Source: Octopus bimaculoides | Taxonomy: Eukaryota | Length of the DNA stretch: 64,000 bases | Direction of reading: 5' to 3' | Assembly (NCBI RefSeq): GCF_001194135.2 | Contig: NC_068986.1 | Span: 6,181,067-6,245,066, forward strand | Shown: one piece after another, positions 63,495 through 64,000 of the stretch | How positions within the stretch are numbered: the stretch's first letter is position 1 | How the letters are laid out: each line of letters begins with the position of its first letter | Notes under the pieces: generated by a model | What the model was told of the DNA's origin: nothing | The model's database searches: none | The model's input: the letters and a program-made list of their open reading frames with translations, nothing else | Made by a program: the position numbers and the translations under genes

Positions 63495-63500
<6 letters not shown>
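62455..63500 (-). mobile_element. 5'-truncated RTE LINE with long 3' UTR containing expanded AG/GGAA microsatellites
   Basis: CSLNIEGICGSRKSRKIWDEVVKTDLKVL (63400-63500), UTR, then tail and (GAT)n near 62455-62500. Confidence 0.75.
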
Positions 63501-63539
<39 letters not shown>

Positions 63540-63955
63540 TGTGCGTGTGTGTGTATTGTTATATTTTAGGATGACCATTTTTTTTTCTTGCCAGATAAAC
63601 ACATGCACTATATATTTGTTATTAACTTATTTATTGTTTTTCTTATTTTATCTATGTCCATTGTCTGGAAATATTTTGTCACACACCTGTGACCTCTTCA
63701 GCAACCCTTCCATTCATTTGAAGTTGTCAGCAAAAAGCCATGGCTGTTGTTGACAACTTTTTCCACCTTGTAAGAGTAATTTACCCATCATTCCTGCTGT
63801 TTTAACAGCAATGTTGCGTTCGAAAAAGTATCACCTTCTTGTTTGTATCATACAATACACATTCAAACACTTCTTTATATTTATACATACATACATAGAT
63901 ACATACATACATAGATACATATATACATACATACATATGTATATATGTATGTATA

Positions 63956-63997
<42 letters not shown>

Positions 63998-64000
63998 TTG

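Overview
AT-rich, gap-ridden eukaryotic window made almost entirely of microsatellites, tRNA-derived SINEs and decayed transposons. The repeat families look like those of an octopus or other coleoid cephalopod (inference from the repeats only). No complete, recognisable host gene is present. Most long ORFs in the track are read-throughs of microsatellites or N-gaps. Supported elements: a near-full-length D,D34D mariner (2221-3414); an internally deleted maT-like element (54752-55598); fragments of an irritans-type mariner, a Merlin/IS1595-like transposase and an R4/Dong-like RLE retrotransposon; many 5'-truncated RTE LINEs, whose ORF2 carries a PHD-type zinc finger inside the RT region; Penelope-like GIY-YIG fragments; hAT and piggyBac-type MITEs; and at least four SINE families. 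The most striking unexplained signal is five well-formed, mutually different minimal type-I hammerhead ribozyme motifs with short, mostly self-complementary stem III (6442, 24050, 25957, 54460, 56797), plus several decayed ones. One is centred in a perfect 81-bp inverted repeat, and one heads a ~300-nt hairpin-dense module. There are also several long foldback elements and a weakly supported chain of phase-compatible minus-strand exons. All structures and identities were read by eye; none was computed or searched.
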